This document shows, piece by piece, positions 63,641 through 64,000 of a stretch of 64,000 nt of DNA. A model generated the notes under the pieces. It did not search any database. It was not told where the DNA came from and saw nothing but the letters and a program-made list of their open reading frames with translations. Position 1 is the first letter of the stretch. The number at the start of each line of letters is the position of its first letter. Made by a program: the position numbers and the translations under genes. Source of the stretch: Blastocatellia bacterium (GTDB lineage: Bacteria > Acidobacteriota > Blastocatellia > UBA7656); assembly GCA_963765495.1 (NCBI GenBank), contig CAVXWP010000016.1, positions 339,216 through 403,215 on the forward strand, read 5' to 3'.

Positions 63641-64000
63641 GCTTTGATCAGACCTTTCTCTCGAAGTTGTTTACCGACCGAGGACCACTCGTACTTGCCT
63701 TCGAGCAACGCTTCCCAGTACTTCTTTGGCTCGTTCCAGGGGACCAGTTCCCACAGAGGGGCAATGTTCGAGAATCACACCATCGTTTAGGTCCGGGTCC
63801 AGGCGAAGTTCGGCGGCACGGCGAAGCTTATCACGGAAATCTCGCAACTCTGAGAGTAAATTCCCTTGCTGGTCTATCTTACTTTCAAGCTGTCTTGCTT
63901 CCCGGCCCGCTGTGCCCGCCGCCGCCCGCTTTGCGCGGGATTGTTCGAGATTGTTTTCTTCGAGGCGTATCTTCGGCTCGACGTAGTTAATCAATGCTTT
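63637..64000 (-). CDS. pglX: BREX DNA methyltransferase PglX, C-terminal end (frameshifted, continues beyond window)
   Basis: NYVEPK..ELRDFRDKL..DPDLNDGVI, then in another frame APLWELVPW..GKYEWSS; lies upstream of pglZ. Confidence 0.75.

Overview
Origin-proximal chromosomal segment of a bacterium; gene order and protein style suggest Acidobacteriota (Blastocatellia-like), which is inference. Left to right: end of a polysaccharide locus (Wzx flippase, GT2), EamA transporter with a PucR regulator, atpI-B-E, class I fumarase, xerC, alr, an intein-containing dnaB interrupted by a 7-nt insertion in its P-loop, rplI-rpsR-rpsF-pth-rplY-prs-tRNA-Gln-ispE, mfd, a 1750-aa secreted nuclease/C25-peptidase fusion, an IS1-family element carrying a nested MITE, parB-parA-parS, an IS5-family element, atpD-atpC, dnaA-oriC-dnaN, and signalling/TPR genes. 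The right end holds two tandem islands bounded by tRNA-Arg 3'-half att copies: an integrase-less ABC transporter/LytTR cassette, and a heavily frameshifted type-1 BREX locus with a DUF262-HNH nuclease between pglX and pglZ. Intergenic spaces repeatedly contain palindromic elements built from GAT-centred heptamer repeats, one of which appears to supply the start of alr. Core genes around parS/oriC are conspicuously AT-rich. Several frameshifts may be sequencing or assembly errors.
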